Positions 61,645 to 64,000 of a stretch of DNA of 64,000 nt are shown here, one piece after another (position 1 is the stretch's first letter; every line of letters starts with the position of its first letter). The notes beneath the pieces were generated by a model, which was given only the letters and a program-made list of their open reading frames with translations, did no database searches and was not told where the DNA came from. Origin of the DNA: an uncultured delta proteobacterium (GTDB lineage: Bacteria > Desulfobacterota > Binatia > Binatales > Binataceae); NCBI GenBank assembly GCA_963808235.1, contig CAWEEQ010000004.1:672001-736000 (forward strand), read 5' to 3'. The position numbers were made by a program, and so were the translations under genes.

Positions 61645-64000
61645 ATGGCCGATCGAATCGTCATCAAGGGCGCTCGCGAGCACAATCTCAAGAACATCGA
61701 TCTTGAGATTCCGCGCGATCGCCTGGTCGTGATCACCGGACTTTCAGGTTCGGGAAAATCGTCGCTCGCTTTCGACACCATCTATGCCGAGGGCCAGCGC
61801 CGCTACGTCGAATCATTGTCCGCGTATGCGCGCCAGTTCCTCGAGCAGATGGAGAAGCCCGACGTCGATTCTATTGAGGGCCTTTCGCCGGCGATCTCGA
61901 TCGAACAGAAGACCTCGTCGCGCAATCCGCGTTCGACCGTCGGCACGATCACCGAGATCTACGATTATCTGCGCCTGCTCTTCGCGCGCGTCGGCCATGC
62001 GTTCTGTTACAACTGCGGGCGCGAGATATCGCAGCAGAGTGTCCAGCAGATCGTCGATCGAATCATGGGATGGCCCGACGGCGCGCGTATCCACGTGCTT
62101 GCGCCGATCGTGCGCGATCGCAAGGGCGAGTACCGCAAGGAATTGTCCGAGATGAAGCGGGCCGGCTTCGTGCGGGTGAAAATCGACGGCAAGCTTTACG
62201 AACTTGGCGAGGAGCCCGCGCTCAACAAAAATCAGCGCCACACGATCGAAGTGATGGTCGATCGGCTTGCGATTCGAAAAGGAATTCAGAAACGCCTCTC
62301 GGATTCGCTCGAAGTCGCGTTCAAATACGGCCAGGACCTGCTCAAGGTCGAGCGCCTTGACGGTCCCAAAAACGAAAGCGAGATCTACTTCAGCCAGCGG
62401 TTCGCATGCGTCGATTGCGGAATCTCGTATCCCGAGATCACGCCGCGCATGTTCTCGTTCAACAGCCCCCACGGCGCCTGCGTCGAATGCTCGGGAATAG
62501 GATCGATTATGTATTTCGATCCCGAGTTGGTGGTGCAGAACGAGGACTTGAGCATCTCCGACGGCGCGATCGCGCCCTGGGCAACCATCAACTACATACA
62601 GCCGGTTCTCGACGCACTCGCGGCGCACTACAAGTTCAGCCTCGACCAGGCATGGAAAACGATTGCGTCCAAGACTCGCAAGGCCATCATGAACGGCTCC
62701 GGCGACGAGGAAATCGAGTTCATCTATCAGCGCGGGCATCATCGCGCAGAGTATTCGAAGTCGTTCGAGGGCGTTCTGCAATGGCTCGATCGCCGCTACA
62801 AGGAAACCGAGTCCGAAGGCGTTCGCGAATTTCTCGAATCGTACATGAACATGCGGCCGTGCCCGTCGTGCAAGGGCGCGCGACTCAAGAAAGAAAGCCT
62901 GTTCGTGCGGTTCAACCTGAAGTCGGTGTCGGAAGTGACTGCGATGTCGATAAAGCAGGCGCTCGCGTTTTTCGAGGCGCCGAAGCTGAGCAACCAGGAA
63001 GCCGAGATCGCGCGCCTCATCCTCAAGGAAATTCGCGAGCGGCTGAAATTCCTGGCCGATGTGGGCCTCGAGTACCTTACGCTCGATCGCACTTCGGGCA
63101 GCCTCTCAGGCGGCGAGGGCCAGCGGATTCGCCTCGCCACGCAAATCGGCTCGAGCCTGGTCGGCGTTCTCTACATTCTTGACGAGCCTTCGATCGGACT
63201 TCATCAACGCGACAATCAGCGCCTGCTCGCGACATTGAAGCGGCTCAAGGACCTCGGCAACACGGTGCTGGTCGTCGAGCACGATCGCGAGACGATGCTG
63301 GAGGCGGACCATCTGATCGACATGGGCCCCGGCGCCGGAATTCACGGCGGGTACATCGTCGCGCAAGGCACGCCCGATGAGGTGATGCGAGATCAGAGCT
63401 CGCTCACCGGAAAATATCTGTCCGGTGAAGTTGAGATATCGGTGCCGAGCCGGCGGCGAAAACTTTCCGGCCGATGGCTGACGGTAAAGGGCGCGCACGA
63501 AAACAATCTCCGCGATCTCACCGTCGCGATTCCGCTCGGCGTCTTCTCATGCATCACCGGCGTTTCGGGTTCTGGTAAATCGACGCTCGTGCTCGACACG
63601 GTTTTTCGCGCGCTATCGCAAAAGCTGAATCACAGCCGGGAACGCGCCGGCGCCTACAAGACTCTCGAGGGCGTCGAACATCTCGACAAGGTCATCCACG
63701 TCGATCAGAGTCCCATCGGCCGCACTCCGCGCTCGAATCCCGCAACCTACACCGGCCTGTTCACCCACATCCGCGAACTGTTTGCGCAACTGCCAGAAGC
63801 GCGGATGCGCGGCTACGGCCCCGGCCGTTTTTCCTTTAACGTCAAAGGCGGCCGATGCGAGGCGTGCGAAGGCGACGGAATCATTCGAATCGAGATGCAC
63901 TTTCTGCCCGACGTTTACGTGACCTGCGAAGTATGCGGCGGCAAGCGCTACAATCGCGACACGCTGGAGATTCAGTACAAGGGAAAGAACATCGCCGAAG
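61645..64000 (+). CDS. uvrA: Excinuclease ABC subunit A (partial, runs off window)
   Basis: Not in the ORF track. Hand translation gives [17 protein letters not shown]...[72 protein letters not shown]. Confidence 0.98.
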   Translation, partial: MADRIVIKGAREHNLKNIDLEIPRDRLVVITGLSGSGKSSLAFDTIYAEGQRRYVESLSAYARQFLEQMEKPDVDSIEGLSPAISIEQKTSSRNPRSTVGTITEIYDYLRLLFARVGHAFCYNCGREISQQSVQQIVDRIMGWPDGARIHVLAPIVRDRKGEYRKELSEMKRAGFVRVKIDGKLYELGEEPALNKNQRHTIEVMVDRLAIRKGIQKRLSDSLEVAFKYGQDLLKVERLDGPKNESEIYFSQRFACVDCGISYPEITPRMFSFNSPHGACVECSGIGSIMYFDPELVVQNEDLSISDGAIAPWATINYIQPVLDALAAHYKFSLDQAWKTIASKTRKAIMNGSGDEEIEFIYQRGHHRAEYSKSFEGVLQWLDRRYKETESEGVREFLESYMNMRPCPSCKGARLKKESLFVRFNLKSVSEVTAMSIKQALAFFEAPKLSNQEAEIARLILKEIRERLKFLADVGLEYLTLDRTSGSLSGGEGQRIRLATQIGSSLVGVLYILDEPSIGLHQRDNQRLLATLKRLKDLGNTVLVVEHDRETMLEADHLIDMGPGAGIHGGYIVAQGTPDEVMRDQSSLTGKYLSGEVEISVPSRRRKLSGRWLTVKGAHENNLRDLTVAIPLGVFSCITGVSGSGKSTLVLDTVFRALSQKLNHSRERAGAYKTLEGVEHLDKVIHVDQSPIGRTPRSNPATYTGLFTHIRELFAQLPEARMRGYGPGRFSFNVKGGRCEACEGDGIIRIEMHFLPDVYVTCEVCGGKRYNRDTLEIQYKGKNIAE

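Noticed and set aside
1-64000. CRISPR arrays, tRNA/rRNA, prophage or defence genes
   Set aside because: No regularly spaced repeats, cloverleaf signatures, phage genes or recognisable defence domains seen by eye. A covariance-model scan was not run.

Overview
GC-rich bacterial chromosomal window with no rRNA, tRNA, CRISPR array or transposase that I could see. Gene content resembles Deltaproteobacteria-like or Candidatus Binatota soil bacteria, but that is inference only. From left to right it contains: (i) a DUF2946/RAPP leader, TonB-dependent receptor and TonB operon; (ii) a long run of lipid/ester/redox catabolic genes, a GH5 endoglycoceramidase-like gene, DUF748 and a Kelch protein; (iii) a large Cys-rich G8/PbH1 (CEMIP/TMEM2-like) exported protein overlapping an orphan BufA2-like bufferin precursor; (iv) gnd-zwf-fba; (v) a sigma54-type promoter before a small orphan gene; (vi) a VOC-LigD(Pol)-AKR-RluA run; (vii) lemA-TPM-TPM; (viii) a repeat-flanked small cassette followed by a leader-peptide attenuator in front of two MFS pumps; (ix) ldcA, an AmiE-like hydrolase and mpl; (x) two stand-alone PDZ paralogues with a hydrophobic insert; (xi) mfd-surA-pdxA-uvrA (partial). 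At least 8 single-base indels break otherwise intact genes, most likely assembly errors. The most novel-looking items are the G8 plus bufferin pair, the MFS attenuator, the repeat-bounded cassette, the PDZ pair and the VOC/LigD junction.
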